Assembly (NCBI RefSeq): GCF_001194135.2
Contig: NC_068983.1
Span: 104,695,506-104,744,093, forward strand
Origin: Octopus bimaculoides
Lineage: Eukaryota
Reading direction: 5' to 3'
DNA: 48,588 bases
Both the position numbers and the translations under genes were made by a program. Within the stretch, counting starts at the first letter, position 1, and every line of letters begins with the position of its first letter. Below, in pieces: positions 25,900 through 38,290 of the stretch. Under the pieces are notes generated by a model, which was not told where the DNA came from, did no database searches, and saw nothing but the letters and a program-made list of their open reading frames with translations.

Positions 25900-26030
25900 A
25901 TCTAGAAACCTCTGACAAGTGGATTTTTGTTCAATAGCTGTTGTCTCATGTAGGACAAACATGGCTATCAACTGGATCTATCGTGAAAGTCACTCTGCTG
26001 TCTTCGTTTTGGAATGGGAAGCAATTTTCC
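25900..26030 (-). mobile_element. RTE C-terminal zinc-finger remnant
   Basis: Minus-strand frame reads VTFTIDPVDSHVCPT*DNSY*TKIHLS, resembling RTE C-terminal CxxC…L.SH ends. Confidence 0.45.
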
Positions 26031-26176
26031 TCTAATCTAATGGTTATGACAAAAGAGATTGTACGATAAATAAAGATTGAAAAGAGTGAGATCAGACACT
26101 TTCCACTTCGCCTTAGTTCTCATCAATTTCTTTTTAAGTTCCACTTGAAAAGGAAAGTTATGTCGGAGAGAGAGAA

Positions 26177-26209
<33 letters not shown>

Positions 26210-26479
26210 AAGAGAGAGAGAGAGAAAGAGAGAGAGAGGTGTAGCCCTACAGTGTGTTTTCTGAAAGGGCGGTGAGAGTGGTGATTATGGCCAGAGTAAA
26301 ATAGGCCTACTCTCAGTATGCACCTATAGGCCTTTCACTGTTGCCCCTGGCTGCTGTCCACAATTTTCATGTCACATTTTTCATGATGTTTTCTCATACT
26401 CGATTCTATGTAAAGAAGCAAAAAAGCATTTATGTCAAGAAGCTCACCTCCTCCTCAGATGCCATAAAATTTACAGTGA

Positions 26480-26730
26480 TGAGAAAAATCCAATGAAAAC
26501 CTGATGGATTTCCTGAACAATGTGCACAAGAAGAACGTTGTCAAGATGTCTTGCAAAAAGACGAGGGCAGAGCTTAAGAACACTAGAAAGAGAGACAGCT
26601 AGTGGAAACCATATCAATAGTTTATAGGTAACTGTATAAGGGTAACAGGAAGTTGTAAGCCTCTTTCTACCCATTCTTAGATCCAAAAAGCTTACCAGAG
26701 TGTTCAGACGAGCCATTTTGAGTTCTATAT
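26480..26730 (+). mobile_element. Highly degenerate LINE (RTE-like) coding remnant
   Basis: Plus frames give fragments (TRRTLSRCLAKRRGQSL…ETASGN) reminiscent of the RTE linker (TARRCAN.YW…GN). Broken by stops. Confidence 0.35.
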
Positions 26731-26850
26731 GTACATAAAAAACGAAGGTGATCAGAATTGTGGGGAAATTTTCTTTCAGCCCCGGTAGCGTTTCCTCAAA
26801 TTTATGTGTCGATGTATTGCTGTATTTGTTGTCTTTCTTTTAAATTATAC

Positions 26851-27212
26851 ATGTAGAGGGTTTGTAGGACACAGTGTGAGACGACTGCTGTTATCGTTAG
26901 GCCTAACTCATCGTAAGGTAAATACCACCATGACCGATATCCAAAATACAGTGGAGAAGGCTAGCCACTGGATTTGGTTAAAAAGAGACGATGAGCGATG
27001 GCTCGAGAAAAATTGAGCTTTGTTTTTAATAACCAGTTGAACTAGCAAGCGGGGCCTCATATCAGTGAGGGGGCCGGTGCGCATTGATGCCGTCGAGAGG
27101 TAGGCCCCGAAACGGCGCGCATTCTCTCCTGATGACCCCATACACTTACTGGCTTCCGGTATGCGGAGTTCTCGACTGGTAGCACTTGCATGTGCCAGTT
27201 GTTTGCAACACA
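26851..27212 (+). mobile_element. 3' end of a HERO/NeSL-like (restriction-like endonuclease) non-LTR retrotransposon
   Basis: CRGFVGHSVRRLLLSLG…IQNTVEKASHWIWLKRDDERW* matches the HERO-type C-terminus (VGCRGF…E.AS.W.W.KR). It is followed by a GC-rich structured 3' UTR. Confidence 0.8.
27088..27140 (+). ncRNA. Candidate non-circularly permuted hammerhead ribozyme in the HERO-like 3' UTR
   Basis: UGCCGUC^ (27088-94); stem I GAGAGG (27095-100) / UCUCUC (27123-28); GAAA (27109-12); stem III ACGGCG (27112-17) / UGCCGU; CUGAUGA (27129-35). No Watson-Crick stem II. Confidence 0.55.
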
Positions 27213-27457
27213 TATATCTGTATTTCGTATAGTCATCTAATTATTTTGTATTTTCATTTTCTATAACTCAGAATTTTAACATATATTCACATATTGTGTA
27301 ACGTTCTTGTCTCTAATTTTTTTACAATTTTCATCTACATCGTCACACGATTTATATCTCCCTTGTAACAAGTTAACTTATTTTCCCGTAAGAACTCATG
27401 TATGGATGGGTTCTGCCAGCAAAATAGCCCATTAGTCTTGTTGCTGCGGCTGCTGCC

Positions 27458-27584
<127 letters not shown>

Positions 27585-28346
27585 TTACACATATGCGCAC
27601 ACGCAAACACACGTGTACACACATATACACACACATACAGACACACGCTCATAAACGTATTTATACAAATACGTACACACACAAACATATACACGCACAT
27701 ACGCACCCGTATATGAGCACCCGTTGTCTTTAGAAATAGGGAGATAAAGAATGGCCTTCTTAATATCAAATGACATAAAAGTCAATTACCCATGTCGCTG
27801 CATGAGAATGGAATTATGTAGAATTTACATGTAAAAATATTTTATAATTAATAAATATGTTATATTACAAAGAGGAATGTTTGCCGCTGTTAGCATAAAA
27901 CAAATGCATTCCAATTGAGAGTTTCTCATGAACAAGCTCACTTCATCTCCCGAATGAAAAAAGAAAGAAAAAAAAGAAGAAAGAAAAAATACACTGCAAA
28001 TATAAAAACACACACAAAACAGACACAGTGAAATGTTCATCTTAAAACACGCATTCTCACGCAGTGAATATTGCACATATAAACTACAACCGTGATATTT
28101 TGACAATTCAATCTTCAAATCCTTAAATACACTTCAGGACACTACAAATTGCTATTTAGATAGATTAAACATGAAAAACATTCAAGCTTACATCAAGATA
28201 GTGCTAGTCCACATTGGTGTAAGTTTCATGCGAAGTTTCGTCTTACAAACCGTCCTCAGACAGTAAATCGGTTTTGAAATTACAGCCTAATAACAGTTAG
28301 TCAGCCGAATCTTTGAAGTTATATTGAACTTTTCTTTGTAAATAAA

Positions 28347-28347
<1 letters not shown>

Positions 28348-28410
<63 letters not shown>

Positions 28411-28551
28411 GTTTGTCTGTCTATCTGTCTGCCTCTCTATCTGTCTGTCTGTCTGTCTATCTGCCTCTCTATCTGTCTGTCTGTCTGTCTATCTATCTGT
28501 CTGCTTGTCAGCCGAATCTTTGAAGTCATGTTGAAGTTTTCTTTGTAAACA

Positions 28552-28633
<82 letters not shown>
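28348..28633. repeat. (TATC)/(TGTC)/(TC) microsatellite complex within a 43-bp direct-repeat structure
   Basis: Direct reading; see finding at 28300-28549. Confidence 0.9.
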
Positions 28634-28635
<2 letters not shown>

Positions 28636-30167
28636 GGTGGACGCGTCTGAAAGGTCTAGAGACAAAGACTTTCCTTTCTGGGCAATCTCTCATCAACTTC
28701 TTCAAGTATCACCTGAAGAGGANNNNNNNNNNNNNNNNNNNNNNNNNNNNNNNNNNNNNNNNNNNNNNNNNNNNNNNNNNNNNNNNNNNNNNNNNNNNNN
28801 NNNNNNNNNNNNNNNNNNNNNNNNNNNNNNNNNNNNNNNNNNNNNNNNNNNNNNNNNNNNNNNNNNNNNNNNNNNNNNNNNNNNNNNNNNNNNNNNNNNN
28901 NNNNNNNNNNNNNNNNNNNNNNNNNNNNNNNNNNNNNNNNNNNNNNNNNNNNNNNNNNNNNNNNNNNNNNNNNNNNNNNNNNNNNNNNNNNNNNNNNNNN
29001 NNNNNNNNNNNNNNNNNNNNNNNNNNNNNNNNNNNNNNNNNNNNNNNNNNNNNNNNNNNNNNNNNNNNNNNNNNNNNNNNNNNNNNNNNNNNNNNNNNNN
29101 NNNNNNNNNNNNNNNNNNNNNNNNNNNNNNNNNNNNNNNNNNNNNNNNNNNNNNNNNNNNNNNNNNNNNNNNNNNNNNNNNNNNNNNNNNNNNNNNNNNN
29201 NNNNNNNNNNNNNNNNNNNNNNNNNNNNNNNNNNNNNNNNNNNNNNNNNNNNNNNNNNNNNNNNNNNNNNNNNNNNNNNNNNNNNNNNNNNNNNNNNNNN
29301 NNNNNNNNNNNNNNNNNNNNNNNNNNNNNNNNNNNNNNNNNNNNNNNNNNNNNNNNNNNNNNNNNNNNNNNNNNNNNNNNNNNNNNNNNNNNNNNNNNNN
29401 NNNNNNNNNNNNNNNNNNNNNNNNNNNNNNNNNNNNNNNNNNNNNNNNNNNNNNNNNNNNNNNNNNNNNNNNNNNNNNNNNNNNNNNNNNNNNNNNNNNN
29501 NNNNNNNNNNNNNNNNNNNNNNNNNNNNNNNNNNNNNNNNNNNNNNNNNNNNNNNNNNNNNNNNNNNNNNNNNNNNNNNNNNNNNNNNNNNNNNNNNNNN
29601 NNNNNNNNNNNNNNNNNNNNNNNNNNNNNNNNNNNNNNNNNNNNNNNNNNNNNNNNNNNNNNNNNNNNNNNNNNNNNNNNNNNNNNNNNNNNNNNNNGCT
29701 CATTATAAAGGTCTTTGAACACTTTTAAAATTCAAATTTTTATAACTTTCATTCTATATATGATAAAATTAATCAGTGAAAAACAGAAAAATGAAATTTC
29801 GAACCCTGAAACATTTATTTTATCGTCGTTTATGTACTTCTTAAAAAAAAAAATATCCATCTTATTTTATGAGGTCATATAAAAACTACTGTTTATGTAA
29901 CCAAACATCGTTGAGTCAATGAGATGCAGGTTAGGCCAATGTGATTAGAGTGTAATTAAAACGTATTTCTAGAACCCGAGAAGTATATCAGGGTTTATAT
30001 TCGTAATGACAGCGGACATTTTGAAAATTGACAATCTTAAGAAAAAATCTATTTCATAATGTAATGAATTATTTCAATTATCCTTTTCAGGGAATAATTT
30101 AAACTATAAATAAAACTAAATAAACATAAAATTTCGTATGGGTAGAGGGAAAGAGAGAGAAAGATAC

Positions 30168-30212
<45 letters not shown>

Positions 30213-30344
30213 AAGTAGGTAGATTATTATAAAGTCCTTGTGGGGTTTTAAATTTATATAATTCGTTAGTGTTATTTATGGTAAAAATTAACCTATCAAA
30301 AGGATAATTGAAATATGCATGCATACATGCATACATACATACAT

Positions 30345-30578
30345 GGTGGTTGTCTACTCCTTACACAGAGTTTGACCACCTCCTGTACCTACACCTTAGC
30401 CCTTTCATGGCGTCTGATGTGGCTTTTTAAACCAGACAATGTTTTGAAAAAAACACCCACACTGATTGCACCTCTGATTTGTACTACCAATACCTGCAGG
30501 TAAGTTCTGCTCATTGTGGATCCTAACCTGTCTTTTAAGACCCCCATTGGATTTGCAAGCCTTCTGGCATACACCACA
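30345..30578 (-). mobile_element. RTE LINE extreme 3' end (tandem C2H2-like motifs)
   Basis: CQKACKSNGGLKRQVRIH…RCNQCGCFF plus KTLSGLKSHIRRH in the adjacent frame, flanked by (ATGT)n. Confidence 0.7.
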
Positions 30579-31220
30579 TGCATACATACATACATACATA
30601 CATACATACATACATACATACATACATACAGCTACATAATGAAGATACATAAAACAGAACATACAAATCTGCATATGCACTGACACCAAATACTGGAGAC
30701 ATGCACACACATGCAAAAATACCCTGTGGATGTTGGTAAAATTCCAATGAAGGAAGTTTGAATCTAGGTTAGAAACTGACTTTCTTCTACATTACACAGT
30801 AAGTTTTACAAATAGATGCGCAAATACGTCGTCCCCTAACAGTACCATCGCTTTCTTCCATATTGCACGATAAGCGTTGGCACTGTTATGGGACGATGTA
30901 TTTGCTCATCTATTTGTGATACTGTGCCTAAAGATATTACCTTTGCTGTCCACAGAATATCGACTGGAAATGGTTGTCTGGTTTTTGCCTAATATTCCCG
31001 GTTTTTCAGAGCGTTCAGCTCTAAAGTTTGTTATACACCGACAAAAGTAACTTGGCCTTCGTATCATTATTCTTTTGCTTTTTGTAACAGCGCCCTCTAC
31101 AACGTATATTTCCAGCATGGCTCTGTAGTTTTTGCAGGGGGGATAAAGTAGGGTAATTAGAACTTATGAATTTCTTTTCACGCAACTTGACCATAGTTTA
31201 TTAGTAACGGTAAGGTAAAG

Positions 31221-31422
31221 GTTCCATGGCGTATAAATTCCCCACCTGGACGGGACGTCGGTCCGTCGCAGGATTAGTCATTTTTGCCAGCTTAGTGGAC
31301 TGGAGCAACGTGAAATAAAGTGTTTTGCTCGAGAACACAACACGTCGCCCGGTCCAAGAATCGAAACCACAGTCTTACGATGATGAGTCCAACACCATAA
31401 CTACTAAGCCACCCGCCTCCAC
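31221..31422 (-). mobile_element. SINE family D copy with (TTTACC)-like tail
   Basis: Same head and CORE-like domain as 22965-23323; 3' end …cgccatggaacctttaccttacc. Confidence 0.85.
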
Positions 31423-31495
31423 TCACAGTTTATTAACCTTTCTTTGACCACCCACACACATGCACTCATATGTGGAGTCAGGCGCGCGCGCGCGT

Positions 31496-31545
<50 letters not shown>

Positions 31546-32131
31546 AGACATTCATATGATGACTCAGTTCCAGTCAGAAATGATAAGGTTTCGACTGTGT
31601 CGACAAAACCACAACTAATTACCAAGCCAGCCACAACACTAACAAATGAAACAACAACATACCGAATCAACAGTTATCAACAATAATACCAAAAAAGACA
31701 ATTACTACACAGACGACAAGAACAACAACAATATTGTACAACAACAATATTGTACAACAACAACGGCGACATCAACAACCACATCATCGAAAACTATGGT
31801 TAGCGAAGAGTAAATTACGATTAAAACAGAAGACAAAGAAACATTTTTATTAACTCTCTGGACTGTCTGAACGCACTGTAAGTTTATTGTTGATAATTAA
31901 TATTAAGTTTCCGATTTAGTCTTCACTGATTATTTCACTTGAAGAATAAATACTTATGACGCATTGTACGTTGTCTGTCTGTCAGTCTTTCTTACTTTTT
32001 CTTATGTTCCCCTTCTCCCATATTATTTTCTATCTGTCGCTGCTCGAGTGAGTGTAGATGAGTGAATGCGTGTGTGCATGAGCATATGAGCGAAACACCC
32101 ACAACTACACAAATAAACACACACACGCACG

Positions 32132-32188
<57 letters not shown>

Positions 32189-32318
32189 GCATACACACAC
32201 ATACACGCGCAGAGAAACAGACATACAGAGAAAGAGAGAGAGAAGGGGGAGATAGTTAGATAAAGAGAACGAGAGATGGAGAAAGAGAAAGTCAAAGAGA
32301 AGGAAAATCAGCGGTAGG

Positions 32319-32372
<54 letters not shown>

Positions 32373-32476
32373 TGATCTATCTGTCTGTCTGTCTGTCTGT
32401 TTGTCTGTTTGTGTATTTATCTATCTATATATACTTTCATGCACACACACACACATACACACATACACACACATAT

Positions 32477-32520
<44 letters not shown>

Positions 32521-32597
32521 AAAATGTGGTATGTACATACGTATGTATACATACATATATGCATGTATGTATGAATACAGATATATGTATATACATA

Positions 32598-32954
32598 GGC
32601 GCAGGAGTGGCGGTGTGGTAAGTAGTTTGCTTACCAACCACATGGTTCCGGGTTCAGTCCCACTGCGTGGCACCTTGGGCAAGTGTCTTCTACTATAGCT
32701 TCGGGCCGACCAAAGCCTTGTGAGTGGATTTGGTAGACAGAAACTGAAAGAAGCCCGTCGTATATATANNNNNNNNNNTGTGTGTCTGTGTTTGTGGTGG
32801 TGTAATTACGTCCCCGTCACCTAGCGGTTCGGCAAAAGAGACCGATAGAATAAGTACTAGGCTTATAAAGAATAAATCCTGGGGTCGATTTCTTCGACTA
32901 AAGGCGGTGCTCCAGCATGGCCGCAGTCAAATGACTTAAACAAGTAAAAAAAAA
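32598..32954 (+). mobile_element. SINE family B copy (10-N gap in internal microsatellite)
   Basis: ggcgcaggagtggcggtgtggtaagtagtttgcttaccaaccacatggttccgggttcagtccc…ggcggtgctccagcatggccgcagtcaaatgac. Confidence 0.92.
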
Positions 32955-33029
32955 TACACACAAACACACACACATACACACATATATGCAAATATATATA
33001 TATGTATATACATATATATTTAAGTATAT

Positions 33030-33223
33030 GCCTGGATATAAAATAGTCCGACTTACATAATATAAATGATACCAGGAGTTAAGTGATCCGAAATAATGAT
33101 ACTTAGCAAACATTATTCCAGATCACTAAACCTCCAGAAACAGCTGTTGGACTCGCAAAACTCTACCCATTTAACGCCTGGTATCATTTATTTTATGTAA
33201 GTCGGACTATTTTATTTTCATGC
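33030..33223. mobile_element. Foldback / MITE-like element with 39-bp TIR core
   Basis: 33038-33076 and 33177-33215 are reverse complements (38/39 identical), extending with mismatches both inward and outward. No clear TSD. Confidence 0.75.
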
Positions 33224-33437
33224 CCATGCACATTTTTTTCTATTAAATATACTTAATATTCTGTCTAAATCGACTTGTCTAACTTGCTTTTCATTATATC
33301 AACAGGCTCATCTACCGGCTCAATTTCAAATCTCTTGAGCACTTCGAAGTATATTCAATACAGAGAACACCTGCCTCTAACCTATAAACTATATATACAT
33401 ATATGCATATGTATCAGTATACTTGCATATGTATATC

Positions 33438-33520
<83 letters not shown>

Positions 33521-34119
33521 ATTATGTATGTATATATGTACATATATGTGTATGCGTTTGTGTGTGTATGTATATGTGTATATATGTATATATATGTGTA
33601 TATATAGATATTATATACACACATATATGTGGGNNNNNNNNNNNNNNNNNNNNNNNNNNNNNNNNNNNNNNNNNNNNNNNNNNNNNNNNNNNNNNNNNNN
33701 NNNNNNNNNNNNNNNNNNNNNNNNNNNNNNNNNNNNNNNNNNNNNNNNNNNNNNNNNNNNNNNNNNNNNNNNNNNNNNNNNNNNNNNNNNNNNNNNNNNN
33801 NNNNNNNNNNNNNNNNNNNNNNNNNNNNNNNNNNNNNNNNNNNNNNNNNNNNNNNNNNNNNNNNNNNNNNNNNNNNNNNNNNNNNNNNNNNNNNNNNNNN
33901 NNNNNNNNNNNNNNNNNNNNNNNNNNNNNNNNNNNNNNNNNNNNNNNNNNNNNNNNNNNNNNNNNNNNNNNNNNNNNNNNNNNNNNNNNNNNNNNNNNNN
34001 NNNNNNNNNNNNNNNNNNNNNNNNNNNNNNNNNNNNNNNNNNNNNNNNNNNNNNNNNNNNNNNNNNNNNNNNNNNNNNNNNNNNNNNNNNNNNNNNNNNN
34101 NNNNNNNNNNNNTACGTGC

Positions 34120-34440
34120 TTCACAGCGTTCAAGACATACACACTTCACGTCTGGCTGTACAGCCATTTTGTTTGTTTATTTCACCGTTTCGTTTTCCTG
34201 TCTTGTTTTCCGTCCGCCACTACCCTCCACGAAAACAATTTAATTTGTGTTCGTGGGAAGAACCATTTTAACGATGCGTATTGCCTTAATTCTTCGAAAC
34301 GCCGGAGTTTTAATGGTGGCAGCTGATGAAGGGGATGTTTCTATGTGGCCTGCTTGTTTGTTGCACCTTGTTTACCATTTTGTCCTTGTTCTTTTGCCAC
34401 GTCATGTACCCAGTTATGTATCTATATGTACATGTAGATG
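34120..34440 (+). mobile_element. Unclassified dispersed repeat 'family X', copy 2 (5' side abuts an N-gap)
   Basis: Colinear homology to 11478-11791. Confidence 0.75.
34276..34335 (+). ncRNA. Candidate non-circularly permuted hammerhead ribozyme (family X copy 2)
   Basis: GCGUA^ (34276-80); stem I UUGCC (34281-85) / GGCAG (34318-22); CUGAUGA (34323-29) plus extra A; stem II GGGGA (34331-35) / UCUUC (34291-95); GAAA (34296-99); stem III ACGC/GCGU. Confidence 0.7.
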
Positions 34441-34822
34441 AACATACATGTACATATATATGCATATACTCATATATTGTTTGTATAGGTGTAGGTATGT
34501 ACATATAAATGGAAGCAAAAGTTGAAAATATTTAGAAGATAAGCGATGATTATAAGCATTGTAACTATTATGTAATTTCGAGCTCCTAGAAACAGCTGTC
34601 GAATTATAAAACTTTGAATTGTTCCATTAATTTTCTGTATTTTTTTATACTTCAAGATTTGTCAATATGTATAGATGTCTATATGCTTGTACATACGTGT
34701 TTGGTTTCTGAATATTTTCAGTTTTTGTTTTCTCTATATATATCCTATATAAATCAACATGTGTATATGTATATGCACATGTATATATTTGTATATATCA
34801 AGCCCAACTGTGTTTATTTGCA

Positions 34823-34857
<35 letters not shown>

Positions 34858-35157
34858 NNNNNNNNNNNNNNNNNNNNNNNNNNNNNNNNNNNNNNNNNNN
34901 NNNNNNNNNNNNNNNNNNNNNNNNNNNNNNNNNNNNNNNNNNNNNNNNNNNNNNNNNNNNNNNNNNNNNNNNNNNNNNNNNNNNNNNNNNNNNNNNNNNN
35001 NNNNNNNNNNNNNNNNNNNNNNNNNNNNNNNNNNNNNNNNNNNNNNNNNNNTAAGTATATGTACATACAGACGCATGTATAAATACAAATATTTCCAACC
35101 ACCATAACAACACACACACACACACACGCACACGCAGGCACACACACGCACACGCAG

Positions 35158-35210
<53 letters not shown>

Positions 35211-37879
35211 CACTAACTCACTCACAGAGGCTTATATATGCTAGCACTCGTATTGAATTGAGACACCTTCCAGAAACCCTGACTCCTAATCCGTCTGTCT
35301 GCCGTGGTTAGGCGTGGCCTTTTCGTTCGGTGCGTATTCTGACAACACAAATATTTTGTGAAATTTATTTCTTGAAATTTGAGTAGGCCTACAGTTATTC
35401 AGATAAAGGCAATTGTCTTAGTGTGTTCAGCTTTCCAAAGAAATAAACTTGGACGTGACATTGGTAGGGGGATGTCTGAAGAAAGTTGAGAATATGATTG
35501 AGAGGAATAAGACGCTGAAAATTTCTTCAGTGGAAGAAGTTATAGGTATTGCGGGAGATGAAAAACTTGTTGAAGATCGTAAGTTAAGTATAGAAAGAAG
35601 TTTGTTGGGAGCTGAAAGGTCAATTGTATTTGCTGTTGTTTCTTCTAGTCTCGGATCATTCCTTTCCATGAGGACCTATTAAATGTATTCCCGGCACAAT
35701 ATATCCAACACTAAGTAATTCGAAGTCTTCTGTTTTTAAGACGCTAGATCGTAATTTGAGGGAAATATTGATATTGTTACTATCAAATTGTTTGGTCATT
35801 AGTTATCGCTTTGCAGTACATGGTTCCGAGTTCAATTACATTGTACGGTGCTATAATAACCGTCTTTTGCCATAACTTCGGACTGACCTGAATCTTGTGA
35901 ATGAAATTTGATAGATTGAATTCCGTCGAATGGGCGCTAGGATCATTTCACTGCTCGGTACAACAACACTACCTGACCCGTGGGAGTTTTCAGTGGAATT
36001 CCGCACGATCATATAGGATTCCCCCGTTTGTTTAGAGACAGAAGGGATTTAAGTGGAAGAAGAGTATTAATAAGAAGCTGTTGTTATTTAGCCCAAAGTG
36101 AGTTTTAATGGAAAATACTTATAATCAAACAGTTTTTAGTGGTAATCATTTAATATTGCCTTAAAAAGAAACACGGCTGGCTGTAATCTGAGGAAGCTTT
36201 TGCTGCCTTTTCTAATAATAGTATCACTGCTACTTGTGCATTATGCTTCGTAACAGTATATAAGACTGCGATATGATAATTATGACAAAACTCCTACGTT
36301 CAATAATAAATAATTTCTGAAGGAAACTAAAAAAAGTCGAACATTTAATACGCCACAGAAACATTAATACATATAATAAGATGAAAAAAATTCTTTCGTG
36401 TAAGTGAAAATTAATTCTTTGAGGCATGGATGATAACTCTCGAAAATGTCAATCATTGCGAGTTAGATTCTAAATGCTCTGGCTAGCCAAAAAATAGTGG
36501 TACATCTTTTCTGATAAGGGACAGTTATTTTGAATCTATAAATTCCCAAATATTTTCGTTTCGTTAAGAGAACAAATACAATGTTTTCACGTTGTCTAAA
36601 TTTCCACAGCAAATGCTTTTAAATAATTGTAGAGTTATGGGCATTATACATATTTCAGGTATTCTTAATTACACTGTGTGCTTCATAAATATTTCTTTTG
36701 AAATTAAACTGAAATTGAAATATTGGTATCCACCGGAATAACTCCGAGCATATTCGGTCTTATCGGAACTTCTCAGTTAGATTTCGTCTATTCAGTATCT
36801 ACCAAGATATCAGTGACTAAAGGAAGTACCTTTTGTGTAAAGAAAGTACACTGATTAAGCAAATTAAAACAATGGCATTAGAACATTTTCTAGGTATGCC
36901 TTCTGCATGAAAAGCATTTGGCTAAGCGCAGGCTGCCATACTATACAAGAACTATTTTTGTTTCTTTTTTAACAAAAGCCATCTGCTATGAGATTCACTC
37001 ATAGCAGTTGGTTATTGTCTCATGTTAATCAGACTGACTTATTTCAACCATAACCATCCCATCTTATTTTCAGGAACTATGTCCTCCTTTAAAAAAATAT
37101 TGTTCGGTGTTAGTAATAAAGAGTTAACTACTGTTTCTTGCATATCGAGTGGAGGTTCTTGTTATAAGGTAGGCATCTCCCAGGTAATTTTGCTACGTAT
37201 CAAGTATAGGAATTCTTCATATTAATCTTCTGTAGTGCAATTAATATATTAGAATAACGGTTGATGGATCTATGTCCGGGTTTATTGATACTTAAAACAA
37301 ATTCAATTGCTTATTTGGATAAATTGCTTGGAAAAGCTGTTGATAATCTCCAATAGATCTGGGAATGTCGATTTACTCAGATTTGTTACAACCAAACAAT
37401 TTTGAAGATATCAAATTTTGATGCAGCTAAGACGTACTTGTTTTCCCTCAAAAATAACGTCTCAGAAGATTTTCCCGGGTCCTATACGCGAAGATGCTAT
37501 AAATGTTATGTGTGTGTTTTAATGCACTAAAAACTAATTTCCCTGGATATGCGCTGCTGGAACTTGGGAGCATCTAATTGCCTGTGCTCATTTTATGCCA
37601 TCAAATAGCATAGTTCAAGTTGAGATTCATAAAATGTGCCAAGCAAAATCATTAGTCACTTCACCTAGGATCTTCTTCTAGAAACGGTGAATTCTATACA
37701 AAAAAAAAAAAATCAATTATTTAGATGTAACAGTGTAGGGTACATACATACATACGGTGACCGGCTTGAACTCTCTCTCAAAGAACTTAAATTAAACTCA
37801 AAGAAAAATCATACATACAAACATATACATGGTAGCTGTCAACTCGTAGACGAGTATGACCATCACTGACAAATTATCT

Positions 37880-38290
37880 TATCTTAGATGTTAAAGTCAA
37901 TGGCTGTAAGCAATGTCCGTGCTGAAATTTAAAGTCAATAACAGCTTGCACAAAATCGCCAAGACTGTCGCCTGCAAAGCCAAGTAGTCCAGAAATAAGC
38001 AAGAGCATGATCTCCGGCTTTGCAATATTTCGGAATTTCCTTCTCTTAGATATCGAAACAAAAGATTAGGAATCTCTCACTCCCAACTGTTGGATGGTCG
38101 TCGACTCTTCTGAGTTTACTCGTCGTTTGAGTTTACCCGTCGTTTGAGTTTACTCGTCGTTTTTTTTTCTTCATCCTGCTGGGTGTCCAATGAAAGCAAA
38201 CAGGTTTGGTGAGTTTGCCGGTTTAGATGCCGACGGCTTGACCATGCGACAGGTTGTACTAGCTTACATACCACCAGTAACATTAAGAGT
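37880..38290 (-). mobile_element. Possible decayed LINE 5'/APE-endonuclease remnant
   Basis: Minus frame LFRYLREGNSEILQSRR…FLDYLALQAT loosely resembles the start of an APE endonuclease (…RTL…D..ALQET). Weak. Confidence 0.3.
38111..38162. repeat. 17-bp minisatellite (gagtttactcgtcgttt) x3
   Basis: Units at 38112-38128, 38129-38145 (one T>C change) and 38146-38162. Confidence 0.95.

Noticed and set aside
36990-37690. hAT-like transposase dimerisation-domain remnant (minus strand)
   Set aside because: Only a vague W…FP.NLSK…VLSI resemblance with many stops; insufficient without an HMM search.
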